DNA from: Chamaesiphon sp.
Lineage (GTDB): Bacteria > Cyanobacteriota > Cyanobacteriia > Cyanobacteriales > Chamaesiphonaceae
DNA: 64,000 nt
NCBI GenBank assembly: GCA_965246715.1
Contig: CBDFFH010000015.1
Span: 192,001 to 256,000 of the forward strand
Direction: 5' to 3'
This document shows, in pieces, positions 50,250 to 61,515 of the stretch (its first letter is position 1; each line of letters starts with the position of its first letter). The notes below the pieces were generated by a model. That model was not told the DNA's origin. It searched no databases and saw only the letters and a program-made list of their open reading frames with translations. Made by a program: the position numbers and the translations under genes.

Positions 50250-51026
50250 ATGTACCAGTCATCGATCGATTTTCAACAACAATTAGTCCAACCCAATCGG
50301 TTGTCAGCTACGACGGCAATCCAGGCGCTAGAAGTGCCGCGAGAAATCTTCTACTGTCCTGAAGAGTCACAATTTTATGCTCAATGCCTGCTGAAAATGG
50401 TATTCTATCGCTGTGAGGATTTTACGACCATTGTCGAGTTCGGGATGGGAGAGGGCACTCCGACGATTGATTGTTTGCTCAAGCGTGAATTTAATGGAAC
50501 GATTCACGGCTACGAACTCAATACCACGGCTTGTCAGGTAGCACAGGCGCGGATCGCACATTATTGTTTGGGCGATCGTTATATCATTCACAATATTAGC
50601 TTTGATAAGTGCGCTTCCGCCGATTATCTAATTGCCAATCCTCCCTATCTCCCTGCATTAGATAACGATCTCTACTTGCCTGCGTTACATGGCGGACATG
50701 ATGGTGCAGAGATTACCAAACAGCTATTAACTCTAGATTTTCCCCAGGCAATGTTGATGATTTCGGCATATTCCGATCCGGTCGGGACGATCGAATTGGC
50801 CTTGTCCGAGGGCTATCGAGTTACAGATTTTATGATTTCACCGATGAGTTTTGGGTATTATAGTTCTGAACCCAAAGTCAAGCATCGCATCGCCGAACTT
50901 CGTCAGCACGATCGAGCATTTTATTCACCAAATATCTACCTTCTAGCTGGAGTTCTATTTACAAAGCAGGACGATTTACAGCCGGATTTGTCAGCAGAGT
51001 TAATTAAAATTATGTCAGCATTGTAA
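50250..51026 (+). CDS. Class I SAM-dependent methyltransferase, HemK-like
   Basis: VEFGMGEG, GYELN, IANPPYLPA, GGHDGA. Confidence 0.85.
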   Translation: MYQSSIDFQQQLVQPNRLSATTAIQALEVPREIFYCPEESQFYAQCLLKMVFYRCEDFTTIVEFGMGEGTPTIDCLLKREFNGTIHGYELNTTACQVAQARIAHYCLGDRYIIHNISFDKCASADYLIANPPYLPALDNDLYLPALHGGHDGAEITKQLLTLDFPQAMLMISAYSDPVGTIELALSEGYRVTDFMISPMSFGYYSSEPKVKHRIAELRQHDRAFYSPNIYLLAGVLFTKQDDLQPDLSAELIKIMSAL

Positions 51027-51247
51027 GTTACGCGACCGCTTCGGACTGACCTAGTGATTTTAGAATTGTGAAATAGCTAGCTAAAATTGGATCTATTTCA
51101 CTCTCGATTTAAATTGCTTAGCACATTTTAGCTATTTATACCGATCCGATCGTTGGTTATTTATACCTTAATATAGATGATTTTGTTAAGCGGAGTGAAT
51201 TACAATTAAGTTAATAACGAGCGGTAAAATTCTAAATTGCAGCACTC

Positions 51248-52012
51248 ATGAATTTGTCTCCAGAAAATTCCGATCCTTTAATTCATCACGAGCTAGATGA
51301 TTCAGAAATTGGTATCGGCGGAGTGGCGGTAGCGCTGTTAATTATCTCCATTTGGGCGATCGGGTTAGGATTTTTGTGGACTACTGTAAACGTCGATCGA
51401 CTGCCACTGTGGTGTACGCTCTTGGCGATTTTGTGGCAAGCCTTTATCTATACGGGGCTATTTATTACCGCTCACGATGCCATGCACGGGGCAATCGCTC
51501 CTAAATCTCCTCGCCTCAATCGGGCGATCGGTCAGTTTACGCTGATCGCCTATGGTTTGTTCTCCTACGAGCGGCTGTTAACAGCGCATCGTCAGCACCA
51601 TCACCATCCCGCTAGCGATTTAGATCCTGACTTTCATGATGGTAACTCTACTAGCGCTGTCGCTTGGTATTTGTACTTTATGAAACGTTATTGGAATTGG
51701 ATGCAGTTTCTCGCCCAAGTTACTACATTTCACATCTTCCATCTGATTTGCGGCATTCCCGAAGCAAACCTGATCCTGTTTTGGATCGTGCCGGCATTAA
51801 TGAGTTCGATGCAACTGTTCTATTTTGGAACTTTTCTACCACATAGCGAACCCCAAGATGGCTACAAGGACAAATTTCGCACCCAAAGCAGCTATCGACC
51901 GCTGTGGTTGTCATTTGTTACTTGTTACCACTTCGGTTATCATCACGAACACCACCGCTTTCCAAATTTAGCTTGGTGGCAATTGCCCAAGGCAGTCCGC
52001 TCTCTAACATGA
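51248..52012 (+). CDS. crtW: Beta-carotene ketolase
   Basis: His boxes HDAMH, HRQHH, HHEHH; DPDFH; LFYFGTFLPH; TCYHFGYH. Confidence 0.9.
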   Translation: MNLSPENSDPLIHHELDDSEIGIGGVAVALLIISIWAIGLGFLWTTVNVDRLPLWCTLLAILWQAFIYTGLFITAHDAMHGAIAPKSPRLNRAIGQFTLIAYGLFSYERLLTAHRQHHHHPASDLDPDFHDGNSTSAVAWYLYFMKRYWNWMQFLAQVTTFHIFHLICGIPEANLILFWIVPALMSSMQLFYFGTFLPHSEPQDGYKDKFRTQSSYRPLWLSFVTCYHFGYHHEHHRFPNLAWWQLPKAVRSLT

Positions 52013-52129
52013 ATGCGGTGCTGGATTCCAAGACAAAAATATAGGGGTACCTACTAGTGATACCCCTATAAAATGAGTAAAAGCCGCAAGGAGTACCCCG
52101 ACTCAGATTTTTAATTTAACCAGATCGAA

Positions 52130-52894
52130 CTACTTAAGCGTGAGATCGTTAGTTGTCTCCAGACTGGGTTGCGGTTGAGAGGTTAATAATGCTGGTGGTA
52201 GCACCTCTGCACCTATGCCTGCGGCGATTTCAGCAGGTAGGCGTTCGTAGTTGCCATCTTGCAAGTAAGCCCCAGTATGCAGCGGTGCGATGACGCGTAG
52301 ATTATGGGTAGTAGTGTAATAACGATGCGTTTGTTGCTGTTGTAACCGCTGTTGCATCGATTCGGTGGCGATTTTCTTGCGGAGTTTAATCAATGCATCG
52401 AGTAAAGCTTCTGGACGCGGCGGACATCCAGGCAGATAGACATCCACTGGGATGAGTTTATCCACGCCTCGCACCGCCGTGTGCGAGTCGGCACTAAACA
52501 TTCCCCCCGTAATCGTACAGGCTCCCATGGCAATTACATATTTAGGTTCGGGCATCTGTTCGTACAGTCGAATCAGTGCTGGAGCCATTTTCATCGTAAT
52601 CGTCCCAGCCGTGATAATTAAGTCTGCCTGACGGGGACTATTGCGGGGAAAACTACCAGTTCGATCGAGATCGAATCGAGCACCAAGTAGCGCCGCAAAT
52701 TCAATAAAGCAACATGCAGTGCCAAATTGGAGCGGATACAGACTGGAATATCGCGCCCAATCATAGATATCGTCTACGGTGGTTAAAATAACATTTTCAG
52801 ACAGATTGGTAGTGACTTGGGGGCGTGCTACCGGATTCATCATGCGATTTGCCGAGGGCGAGGCTTCGCCAACGAGATCGTTATGTTGCAACAT
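52130..52894 (-). CDS. ndhK: NDH-1 subunit K, stand-alone paralog
   Basis: [34 protein letters not shown]; no ndhC or ndhJ adjacent. Confidence 0.92.
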   Translation of the reverse strand: MLQHNDLVGEASPSANRMMNPVARPQVTTNLSENVILTTVDDIYDWARYSSLYPLQFGTACCFIEFAALLGARFDLDRTGSFPRNSPRQADLIITAGTITMKMAPALIRLYEQMPEPKYVIAMGACTITGGMFSADSHTAVRGVDKLIPVDVYLPGCPPRPEALLDALIKLRKKIATESMQQRLQQQQTHRYYTTTHNLRVIAPLHTGAYLQDGNYERLPAEIAAGIGAEVLPPALLTSQPQPSLETTNDLTLK

Positions 52895-53104
52895 TTTTTA
52901 GCTCCTGTTGACAGATCGATCGAGCAGAGAGTGAGTATTGGCTATTTCCAGCTTGGCAATCATGCGGTTAAGTTCTTGCTTGAATTGATTGACTAATTTA
53001 CAAAATTTAGTAAATATTTACTGCCAAAATTTCAGCTCGAGCGGTGCGCGATCGGATCCGTACGCAAATGTGCTAAGTTCGGCAAAGTTCGATCGTCAGC
53101 CAAG

Positions 53105-53426
53105 AGTAAGCATCGTGTCTGAAGCCACAATCCATCAGGGATTCGCCCCAGCGCCTAGCATTAAAGTTAAACCCGATCGGGTGGCTGAGAGTTTATTATC
53201 GATGGAATGTCGGCTCTATCAAATCGTCCCCCAGGGCGAAGGTGCCAGCGCGGCCAATTATGTCTTTGGGGAAGTCGCTTATTTTCATGTTGCTAACGAC
53301 TTAATCGTGAATAGTCAAATCGACCATCTCCGGATCGATTATGTCTCCCGGCTAGGTAAGGATTGGTATGCACGCACCAATACAAATTCGATGTTCGAGC
53401 TGCCGCGTCCGCCACAGATTGGTTGA
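53105..53426 (+). pseudogene. Flavin reductase-like C-terminal fragment
   Basis: PSIKVKPDRVAES..MECRL...FGEV..FHV...VSRLG; N-terminal half missing. Confidence 0.6.
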
Positions 53427-53447
53427 GATGGCAGCTCGATCGAAGCG

Positions 53448-53735
53448 TTATAGTCTGGAACCGATCGTAGCAACTAATACGACCAAACCTAATGTCCGGC
53501 GAAAGGTATTAACACCTTGAAATAATTCCATTAACGACCAGACAAAAATGGAACCGTAGGAGATCGCATCTAAAGCCGCGTAAAGACTACCATTGTTAGC
53601 AACTAATTTAAGGATGCTGGCGACTGCCCACACGGTAATGGGGATATTCGGCGGCTGGATGATGACCACATTGCCTTTGTCATCTTGAAAAAATCGATCG
53701 AGTGAGCTAGCTTGCATAATGATATAAATGAGCAA
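53448..53735 (-). CDS. Small membrane hypothetical protein
   Basis: FFQDDKGNVVIIQPPN, ELFQGVNTFRR. Confidence 0.75.
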   Translation of the reverse strand: MLIYIIMQASSLDRFFQDDKGNVVIIQPPNIPITVWAVASILKLVANNGSLYAALDAISYGSIFVWSLMELFQGVNTFRRTLGLVVLVATIGSRL

Positions 53736-53938
53736 ATTTATCGATAAATTTGCACTAATTAGATAGGTTTATTTAGTTATGATTATCTAAGACCGATGTT
53801 TGATTTTTTGAGTGATTTGTTTGAATAAAATTGCCCCCAGAGATATTAGTTTCTAGCAGCTCTCGATCGCGATCGAGTTTCGATCCTCATGGGAGGACGC
53901 TGGCTGAATAGGCGATCGAGAGCGACGGATCGAATAAA

Positions 53939-56452
53939 TCATTGGCGTTGCTGTTCGATTTCTAAAGTTAAACTGTGATAGATGCCCCAAATTGCCATCG
54001 CGCGTAGATAGTGACTGGCGCGAAAAGTTCCGGCGGAAGTAATGGCTTCTGGCGTTCTAAATTGCAATCCATTAGCATATACCTGTTCGACGATCGTCTG
54101 AGCTAATTTTAATCCCTCCGATCGCATTCCCATTTGCACTAAAAAGGCGGCAATCCCAAAATTAATTCCCGTCCATACTTCGAGTGGATGTGTATCTTTT
54201 GGATCGAGCGGCGAGCCATCGATTTTAACGCCATTGGCAGCACCAAATTCACCGTTTTGAAAATTGAGGAAGCAGGATAGATAGATAGTTTGGAGCGCAG
54301 TTTTGGCACAATCTAGCGGCACGATGTCATCGAGTTGGAGCAACTTGGCATAAAATTGACCGCATAATTGATCTGCCATTACTACTTCCGAACCGCTGCC
54401 AGTATCGATTCGATAGTAACTTCCATTCCAGAGCTGTTGTTGATAAATAGGTTTGCCAATGTCCAACCAAGTTTGATATTGGGCGATAATAGTCGCTGGA
54501 GCGGGTAGAAGTTCGGTGTGATATTCTTGAATTAGAATTTGACCGATCGCGATCGCGGCTTCGAGTGCTGCCAGCCACAGTCCACCACAATAAGCACTAA
54601 TTCCTTGCAGTCGCCAATCATCAAAGGTTTGATCGGGTGCGCCAGAGTTTTCAATGATGCCATCGTTATCTAAATCGAACTGTTTGAGATAGGCTAAAGT
54701 ATCGACAATTGCCGACCAACATTCGGCAAGAAATTCAACATCTTTTTTGCCAGTAAAGATGTAAGCTCGATAAACTTGCAATACAAAATCGCTACCCAAA
54801 TCTTTCCAAAGATTGCAATCTTGGTAGCAGGTATAGTTAGTTTTCTCCCAGGGGTGTTCGTTGGGTGCGCCGAGATCGTGAGGGGTGGCATGAAGCGCTT
54901 TACGAACGGCCATCATTGCATCTCGATCGACATTTTGCGGACGATCTCCATAGCCAAATGCCGTTTGGACGTAGTAGCCGATCGATCGTTTATGATTATC
55001 CTCGGCAGGAATAGCTCTAGCGAAGGCAATTAATACCGATTTCTCTAATTTCGGCCACAGCATTAAGAGCGAAAATGAGCCATACAACCGGACATCTAAG
55101 CTTTCATACCAACGATAATCCAGACATTCTAATACACCAAATTGTCCCACCGGATCGCGTTCGTCAGCAGCACTCCATAATGTCCCACCATCTGTCAGGA
55201 GATATAGCTCGTTAAACAGCGCCATCTTGAACCAATCTGGTAGATCGGCGCGATCGAGAATTGGTTGTTGCCAGTTGACGATCGATTCTTGCCAAGTATC
55301 ATATTGTTTCAATGCCGTGCGAGTTATCGCCCAAGCATTTTGACTCGATCGACCGAAGAAATCTGTATAGCGTCGATAATAATTTACCCCTTTGGCAAAT
55401 TCTGTAACTGGAAAATCCCAGGCGAGAATAAATGGAATTTTTTTGGTTTTTCCTGGCTCAATCGTAAAACGAATGGTTATCGCAGCGGCAATTTGTTCGT
55501 TCTTAGTTGCTGGAGTTTCATCATCGATATCGGGTAGCGAACCATCGCTGGCAAAAGTATTCCAAATTTCGCTACCATCGCCAGCAGGATTCCACCGAGA
55601 ATGATAAAATACTTCGACACTAGGATTGGCAATACTCGCGATCGACCATTGTCCTTCTCCTTCTGCTGGTAAATCGGCACCGCTCTCTCGAGCTAATAGA
55701 CAGCCAACTCGATAATTATCAACAATCCACTGATTGTAATTACCTTCACTCTCTCCCCACTGAGATTGATAATCATAGACTGGACTGCCATCGTCGCGAA
55801 TTTTGATTTCATTTGAGGGATTGCCATTCGCAAACCAGCCGACGGTATTTTGCCAAGTTAGCATGATACTTAGCGTAATCGGTCGATCGGTCGGATTGTG
55901 TGCCGTCCATTCAAATACGGCAACTGGATAGGATGTTTCTTGATAGTTATCCGCCCAAATCGGCGAAAATTGCTCGCAAGTTAATTGCGCCTGCAAGACG
56001 TTTTCATAGCTGTACCAACTCCGAGGATATAGAGCTTGGTATGTACCCGTCGAATGACCTGCTGGAGTTGTTTGGGGATATAATTGCCACTGACTCAAAC
56101 TATTGTCTTGCGGTGCTACCGTACTCATCGCATAAGCCTGAGTCTCGCCATCTTCAACACTTTCAAATACACTAAATTGACAGGCTGCAAGGTTTTTAAA
56201 AATATGTTCGCCGCCGTCAATGTGCCACAAATTAAACTCCCCGCGATGCGATCTGCCGATACATCCAGCACCAAATCCACCCAAAGGCATTCCATGAAAC
56301 GGGCCATCGTCGAGATTGCTCTCATAGCGCACGGTGTAAGGTTTGTCCCAGCCACGATCGAATTGACGTTGCCAAGTAGCAGCAGGAATTGGCGGACGTG
56401 GTGCGGGATTAAGCATAGGAGATCGGTGAGAACTATAGAAGAGTATAGTCAA
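53939..56452 (-). CDS. GH116 glycoside hydrolase (GBA2-like)
   Basis: GMPLGGFGAG, LECLDY, PHDLG, WKDL, PDQTFDDW, ADQLCGQ, YLRAMAIW. Confidence 0.92.
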   Translation of the reverse strand: MTILFYSSHRSPMLNPAPRPPIPAATWQRQFDRGWDKPYTVRYESNLDDGPFHGMPLGGFGAGCIGRSHRGEFNLWHIDGGEHIFKNLAACQFSVFESVEDGETQAYAMSTVAPQDNSLSQWQLYPQTTPAGHSTGTYQALYPRSWYSYENVLQAQLTCEQFSPIWADNYQETSYPVAVFEWTAHNPTDRPITLSIMLTWQNTVGWFANGNPSNEIKIRDDGSPVYDYQSQWGESEGNYNQWIVDNYRVGCLLARESGADLPAEGEGQWSIASIANPSVEVFYHSRWNPAGDGSEIWNTFASDGSLPDIDDETPATKNEQIAAAITIRFTIEPGKTKKIPFILAWDFPVTEFAKGVNYYRRYTDFFGRSSQNAWAITRTALKQYDTWQESIVNWQQPILDRADLPDWFKMALFNELYLLTDGGTLWSAADERDPVGQFGVLECLDYRWYESLDVRLYGSFSLLMLWPKLEKSVLIAFARAIPAEDNHKRSIGYYVQTAFGYGDRPQNVDRDAMMAVRKALHATPHDLGAPNEHPWEKTNYTCYQDCNLWKDLGSDFVLQVYRAYIFTGKKDVEFLAECWSAIVDTLAYLKQFDLDNDGIIENSGAPDQTFDDWRLQGISAYCGGLWLAALEAAIAIGQILIQEYHTELLPAPATIIAQYQTWLDIGKPIYQQQLWNGSYYRIDTGSGSEVVMADQLCGQFYAKLLQLDDIVPLDCAKTALQTIYLSCFLNFQNGEFGAANGVKIDGSPLDPKDTHPLEVWTGINFGIAAFLVQMGMRSEGLKLAQTIVEQVYANGLQFRTPEAITSAGTFRASHYLRAMAIWGIYHSLTLEIEQQRQ

Positions 56453-56675
56453 GAACGCGACTATTTATTCTTCGATCGCGCGTCTACCCCAATCGATCGA
56501 TCTATTACCGCTCGATTCCGACTCAACTATTCTGGCAATTCTGCCAAACTTGTCAGATCGAGCAATGCTTCACCAATCTGCTTCAATTGCGGCATCGTTA
56601 ACGTCAGTTCGGGTTAAGGATTTCTCGTTTAGGCCATTCTCGGACTAATGCTTTTCTGGAGGTTGCCAGTAGGTG

Positions 56676-56868
56676 GAACCCGGATCTGGGGGTTCCGACC
56701 CCCAGACCCCCCGTTGAGGAGCGGGGTGCCGCCCCTCAAACTCCCCTGCACAAGGGTCGATCTGTGAGCAGCAGAGAGCGCTTCGCATTAGCTCCGAACT
56801 TGATTGTGTCTTGTTGCGCTGCTTGGTGGAATGCTTTCGTGTCGGGAAACCCGACGGGCACGAGCCGC
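56676..56868 (-). repeat. GC-rich dispersed repeat family, copy D with a detached module
   Basis: GAACCCGGATCTGGGGG...GCGCTTCGCATTAGCT; 56833-56868 is the inverse of the internal module of copy A (~4916-4952). Confidence 0.85.
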
Positions 56869-56876
56869 AAATCGGG

Positions 56877-56921
56877 GCTAAGGTTGCAAAGTCCGCCTAG
56901 CTGGACTTTGCAACCTTAGCG
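56877..56921. repeat. Long hairpin
   Basis: GCTAAGGTTGCAAAGTCC-GCCTAGCT-GGACTTTGCAACCTTAGC. Confidence 0.7.
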
Positions 56922-56956
56922 GTTAAAACCACCGCTGAGATTATCGATAGCTTGGG

Positions 56957-58300
56957 TTAAATATTACTCGCTACACCCCATTTTTTCAGGGAATCGATCG
57001 CACTTTGATAAGACTGACGATCGCCATTTTGCCGAAAGAGTTTTGCAGCTTGTTGGAGATCTTTAATCCCACTCGGCCGATCGTTTAATCGATCGTATTT
57101 GAGTTGTCCGCGTAATTTATAGGCATTGGCATAATTAGGATCGAGTCGAATTGCCTCATCATACTCGACCAATGCGCCTTGAGGATCGTTGAGCTTTTCG
57201 GCCTTGAGAATGCCGCGATTGTAGTAGGGATTGGCATATTTAGGATCGAGTTCGATCGCCTGATTCAGATCTGCTAAGGCTCCGGATAAATCGTTGAGCT
57301 TTTCTAACTTGAGAACGCCACGGTAATGATAGGATCTCGCATCATTTTTGTTGAGTTTGAGTGCTTGGTTATAATCAGCCAAAGATCCTTGCACATCGTT
57401 AAGTTTTTCTTGTTTGAGTATGCCACGATTGTTGTATGCAGGTGGATATTGAGGATCGAGCTGGATCGATCGATTGTAGTCCGCTAAAGCACCTTGGGGG
57501 TCATTGAGCTTGGTGTCTTTCAGATTACCGCGATGGTAGTAAGCGATCGCGTTATTCGGATCGAGTTTGATTGCTTGGTTATAATCTGCTAATGCACCTG
57601 ACGTATCTTTAAATTTTTGCGATCGCAAGTTACCCCGATTATAGTACGCGATCGCACTATTCGGCTCGATTCTGACAGCTTGGTTATAATCAGCGATCGC
57701 ACCCTGAAGATCGTTGAGTTTAGTTTCTTTGACTAAGCCACGATGGTAGTAAGCATTGGCATAACTTGGCGCGAGTTGAATTGCCTTATTAAAGTCGGAT
57801 AATCCCCCTGGGACATCATTGAGTTGCTCGGCTTTAAGTAGGCCACGATTGCTATATGCTTCAGCATATTTAGGCGCGAGTTGGATTGCCCGATTGTAAT
57901 CGTACAATGCCCATTGTTGATTGTTAGGCTTGAGCGATTTTAGCAACCCGCGATTGTGATAAGCTTCAGCAAACTTATAGTTGAGTTTAATTGCTTTACT
58001 ATACTCGGCGATCGCGCCTTGACGATCTCCTTTGTTAGCCTTCTGTACAGCCAGCGAAAACAGCTCGTTTGCTTTAACTATTCGCTCGGCGGCTTCGAGT
58101 TTGCGGCGTTCTCGATCGGCGGGAGTCAACCGTTCGCTAGCGAGCATCGAAGTTAGATGATGCGATGTAGAGATAGTTTTGATGCTAGCGCTAGCTGTTG
58201 AAATAGCATTTGCAGTATTAGCTGTAACTGGTAGTTGCAATAAGGAAATAACCGTACCGATGGCAATCGAGCTTGTCCAGAATATTACCTGATTCAACAT
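56957..58300 (-). CDS. Secreted TPR-repeat protein
   Basis: About ten 35-aa repeats AYxNRGxLK...GALADYNxAIxLDP. Confidence 0.9.
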   Translation of the reverse strand: MLNQVIFWTSSIAIGTVISLLQLPVTANTANAISTASASIKTISTSHHLTSMLASERLTPADRERRKLEAAERIVKANELFSLAVQKANKGDRQGAIAEYSKAIKLNYKFAEAYHNRGLLKSLKPNNQQWALYDYNRAIQLAPKYAEAYSNRGLLKAEQLNDVPGGLSDFNKAIQLAPSYANAYYHRGLVKETKLNDLQGAIADYNQAVRIEPNSAIAYYNRGNLRSQKFKDTSGALADYNQAIKLDPNNAIAYYHRGNLKDTKLNDPQGALADYNRSIQLDPQYPPAYNNRGILKQEKLNDVQGSLADYNQALKLNKNDARSYHYRGVLKLEKLNDLSGALADLNQAIELDPKYANPYYNRGILKAEKLNDPQGALVEYDEAIRLDPNYANAYKLRGQLKYDRLNDRPSGIKDLQQAAKLFRQNGDRQSYQSAIDSLKKWGVASNI

Positions 58301-58477
58301 AACTTTAAACTCTCCAGTAGGGTGAATCGATTGTTGTATGTCGTTATATCACTACTCTACAATCTTTTTCAATTTGGAGATGTAACACAGCACTCGTTCG
58401 TCGCTCGTTCTGTAGCGAGTCGCTTTCCCCTTTCCCCTATTTCATTAGGGATTTTATGTCTGGGGCAAGAGGTGAGA

Positions 58478-61400
58478 TTACTCAGAAGCTGGTGTTGCTA
58501 TTGGCGATGCTCCAGCAGAGCGACTACGATCGCGAAAAATCGCATTCAGGGCTTCGGGCAAAGTTTCTGCCATCACGATCCGATTTTCATACGCCACAAT
58601 TACGCGGACTAAAGTGGGAATTTGATTTTGACTAGCTTCTAGATACAGCGGCTCGATATATAGTAATGACTGTTCGATCGGGACGATAAGTAGGTTTCCT
58701 TGAAGTACACGCGAACCCTGGCGATTCCACAGCGAAATTTGACTAGAGATTGCCGGATCTTGGTTGATCCGCGCTTCGATTTGTTCGGGGCCGAAAATGA
58801 GTCTTTGCTTGGGGAAAGTGTAGAGTAATAACTTGCCATAGTTCTCGCCATCGGAACGTGCCGCCAACCAGGCAACCAAATTCGTCCGCTGTTGGGGGGT
58901 ATATGGTAGCAGCAGCATAAATTCAGGGATCGGAATCGTGGGTAGGCTGGTAATTAGATAATATGGCTCCACTAGTTTGGGTTTATCGCCATAAACCTCG
59001 TTCGGGACTTGCCATTGGTCTTCGCGATTGTAAAATACCTGTGGATCGGTCATGTGATAGGTCATCAGCCGCTCCGATTGCATCTTGAAGATGTCCTCGG
59101 GATAGCGAATGTGTCGCTGGAGATTTACCGGCATCGCGCTCAGCGGCGCGAACAAATCCGGGAAAATTTTCGCCCAGGTCGTGACGATCGGATCGCGCGG
59201 ATCGGCCACATAAAAGCTCACCGAGCCATGATAAGCATCGATAACAACTTTGACAGAGTTGCGAATATAATTGATGCCTTCCTTGCCAATATCCGAGTAG
59301 GGATAGCGATCGCTAGTAGTATAAGCATCGACGATCCAGTATAAATAACTGGCATCCTTAATATCTGTGGGGTTCTTTCTGGCATCAGTAGCCACTAAAT
59401 ACGGATCGCGATCGAATCGCAGAAATGGCGCGATTTCTCGGATGCGTCGATCGATATTCCGCCGCATTAACAGCTTGGTTTCCGGCAAAAATTCCGGCGT
59501 GAAGACCATTCGCCAATCGTTGAGATATTTCGCAAATAGCAATCTCCGCCACAGCGAATCGAGTTTAATGCCGCCGCGCCCATCATAGACGTTATAGACA
59601 TTATCGTTACCGCTAGGATAGTCTAGCTCCTTCACCTTTGTCCCCGTCATGACATTGGTGTCAGTATTCTCGCCATAATAAATCCGAGGTTGGCCGATGG
59701 GAATATTCGATCGCACCACATCGCTAGAAGTCTTCAGGTGAGTGTGGGTATCGCTCCCGATATCTTTGACAAAATATTCGGGCAATCCCCCCTGAGCCAC
59801 TTTATTGACAGGGCTAAGGGTAAAACCATAACCGTGAGTATAAATTAAATGCTCGTTTATCCAAGTTTGTGCCTGTTTGGGTACCGACGCATAATCCAAC
59901 TCCCGCGCCGCAATCAATACCTGCTGGGTTTGGATTGCTGGTGCGAGCGTATTCGCACCTTTGGCTGAATTATCTAAATTCGCCACATCTATCTCCCCAT
60001 CTCCCGCTTGCCCGATCGTCCCCGCTTCCCGCCGCTTCTCAGCCAAACTATATCGATCGATATCCGCATCGAGAAAACGATAGTAGAGCCGAATCTGCTG
60101 GAGTTGACGATTGGTAGCCAGGAGCGGCTGTTCGTCCCAGATCCGCACGTTCCTAATGGTGAGGTCGTTGGCTTGAATCTTGGCTGCTGTCAGATTGGCT
60201 TGAGGATCGAATGTTTGGGTAGTGATATTATCCAGCCCGAATGCCTGTCGCGTCATGGCGATCGTCCGCCGGATATAGGGCGCTTCGCGGGCTAGTTCGT
60301 TGGGTTGCACTACCAGAGCTTGAAAGATGAACGGAAAGACTATGGTTGTCGAGATCGCCAGTACTGAGTACGATCCGAGCATCAATCGCAGCGGTTGACG
60401 TTCGAGTGGTTGGCGGCGACAGTAAATCGCTCGCCAGAGCAAGTATCCCGCGATTGCAAAGGCGCAGACGCTCGACAGGCGATCGGCTGGTAACTGGACG
60501 GCAATATCGGTATAACTAGCGCCATAAGACACCCCCCGCGAGGAGTATAGCAATCGATCGCAGTTAATCCCATAGCTCAAGCCCACTACTAGCATCACCG
60601 CCGCACCCAAGCCGCACAGATGCCGCTGTTGAGCGCGATCGAATCCCAGAAATCTGCCCTGGCTGAGGCTATTGCCAGCGAGTAAGTAAGTTAATAGGAC
60701 AGCCACAAACCCATACAGACAGATGCCCATCAGCCCAAATTCCACCAGTTCCGCCACTGGCAAGCCAAAAACATAAGCACTAATATCTCGATCGAAGACG
60801 GGGTCTCGATCGCCGAAAGCGGTAGCTTGAAAATAGGGCAGTATTCGCATCCATTGCTGAGCATATACCCAAGCGATCGAAATACTCAGGACGAGCGAGA
60901 TCGAACTTAGTAAGATGCGGGGATAAACGATCGTCACGAGCGCTAACATCCCCATCACAGCAGCAATCCACAACCGATCGATCGAGTGTCGGACTAAATG
61001 CCAGCTCGCTTCTGGACGAAATAAAATTGGCGCTGGTGGGGCAATATTTGGCAACTTGGGATCGATCGCCGATTGACCGATCGCTACTTGTAAATAGTGC
61101 GCTAAAATCGTGCCCATCAGCAGACTCAAACCGATCGTTACCGGGACTAACCAGCTTAGGTTTGAAACAAGCGGCATCCGCTCGGACGCTGAATTACCTA
61201 CTAAAGATCTTGAGGCTGGTAGCCGATCTGTGTCGGTTGATGGTGGTAAGGATTTCAGCCGTTGGGCGATCGCTAGATTGCCAAACAGATACATCATCGC
61301 GATGACAAATGCACTCACCCCGAGTGCTGCTTGGGTTTCGAGTCGCAGTCGGTACATGGGTAAATAACCGACTTCCTCAAACCACAGCAACTGAGCACCC

Positions 61401-61504
61401 AGCCGGGCGACAAGCTCGATCGCTAGCCATAGCAACAATAGTGCGATCGGTACCAGTAGATAGCGCCTAGGAAATTTAGCTGACTGTGGTAACGATCGCT
61501 TCAC
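58478..61504 (-). CDS. UPF0182 membrane protein
   Basis: [41 protein letters not shown]. Confidence 0.92.
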   Translation of the reverse strand: MKRSLPQSAKFPRRYLLVPIALLLLWLAIELVARLGAQLLWFEEVGYLPMYRLRLETQAALGVSAFVIAMMYLFGNLAIAQRLKSLPPSTDTDRLPASRSLVGNSASERMPLVSNLSWLVPVTIGLSLLMGTILAHYLQVAIGQSAIDPKLPNIAPPAPILFRPEASWHLVRHSIDRLWIAAVMGMLALVTIVYPRILLSSISLVLSISIAWVYAQQWMRILPYFQATAFGDRDPVFDRDISAYVFGLPVAELVEFGLMGICLYGFVAVLLTYLLAGNSLSQGRFLGFDRAQQRHLCGLGAAVMLVVGLSYGINCDRLLYSSRGVSYGASYTDIAVQLPADRLSSVCAFAIAGYLLWRAIYCRRQPLERQPLRLMLGSYSVLAISTTIVFPFIFQALVVQPNELAREAPYIRRTIAMTRQAFGLDNITTQTFDPQANLTAAKIQANDLTIRNVRIWDEQPLLATNRQLQQIRLYYRFLDADIDRYSLAEKRREAGTIGQAGDGEIDVANLDNSAKGANTLAPAIQTQQVLIAARELDYASVPKQAQTWINEHLIYTHGYGFTLSPVNKVAQGGLPEYFVKDIGSDTHTHLKTSSDVVRSNIPIGQPRIYYGENTDTNVMTGTKVKELDYPSGNDNVYNVYDGRGGIKLDSLWRRLLFAKYLNDWRMVFTPEFLPETKLLMRRNIDRRIREIAPFLRFDRDPYLVATDARKNPTDIKDASYLYWIVDAYTTSDRYPYSDIGKEGINYIRNSVKVVIDAYHGSVSFYVADPRDPIVTTWAKIFPDLFAPLSAMPVNLQRHIRYPEDIFKMQSERLMTYHMTDPQVFYNREDQWQVPNEVYGDKPKLVEPYYLITSLPTIPIPEFMLLLPYTPQQRTNLVAWLAARSDGENYGKLLLYTFPKQRLIFGPEQIEARINQDPAISSQISLWNRQGSRVLQGNLLIVPIEQSLLYIEPLYLEASQNQIPTLVRVIVAYENRIVMAETLPEALNAIFRDRSRSAGASPIATPASE

Positions 61505-61515
61505 TGTGAAAATTC

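Noticed and set aside
44483..52012. Ketocarotenoid antenna rhodopsin supplied by the nearby crtW
   Set aside because: Helix E reads WYLVS, with bulky Tyr where antenna-binding xanthorhodopsins have Gly; crtW is 6 kb away
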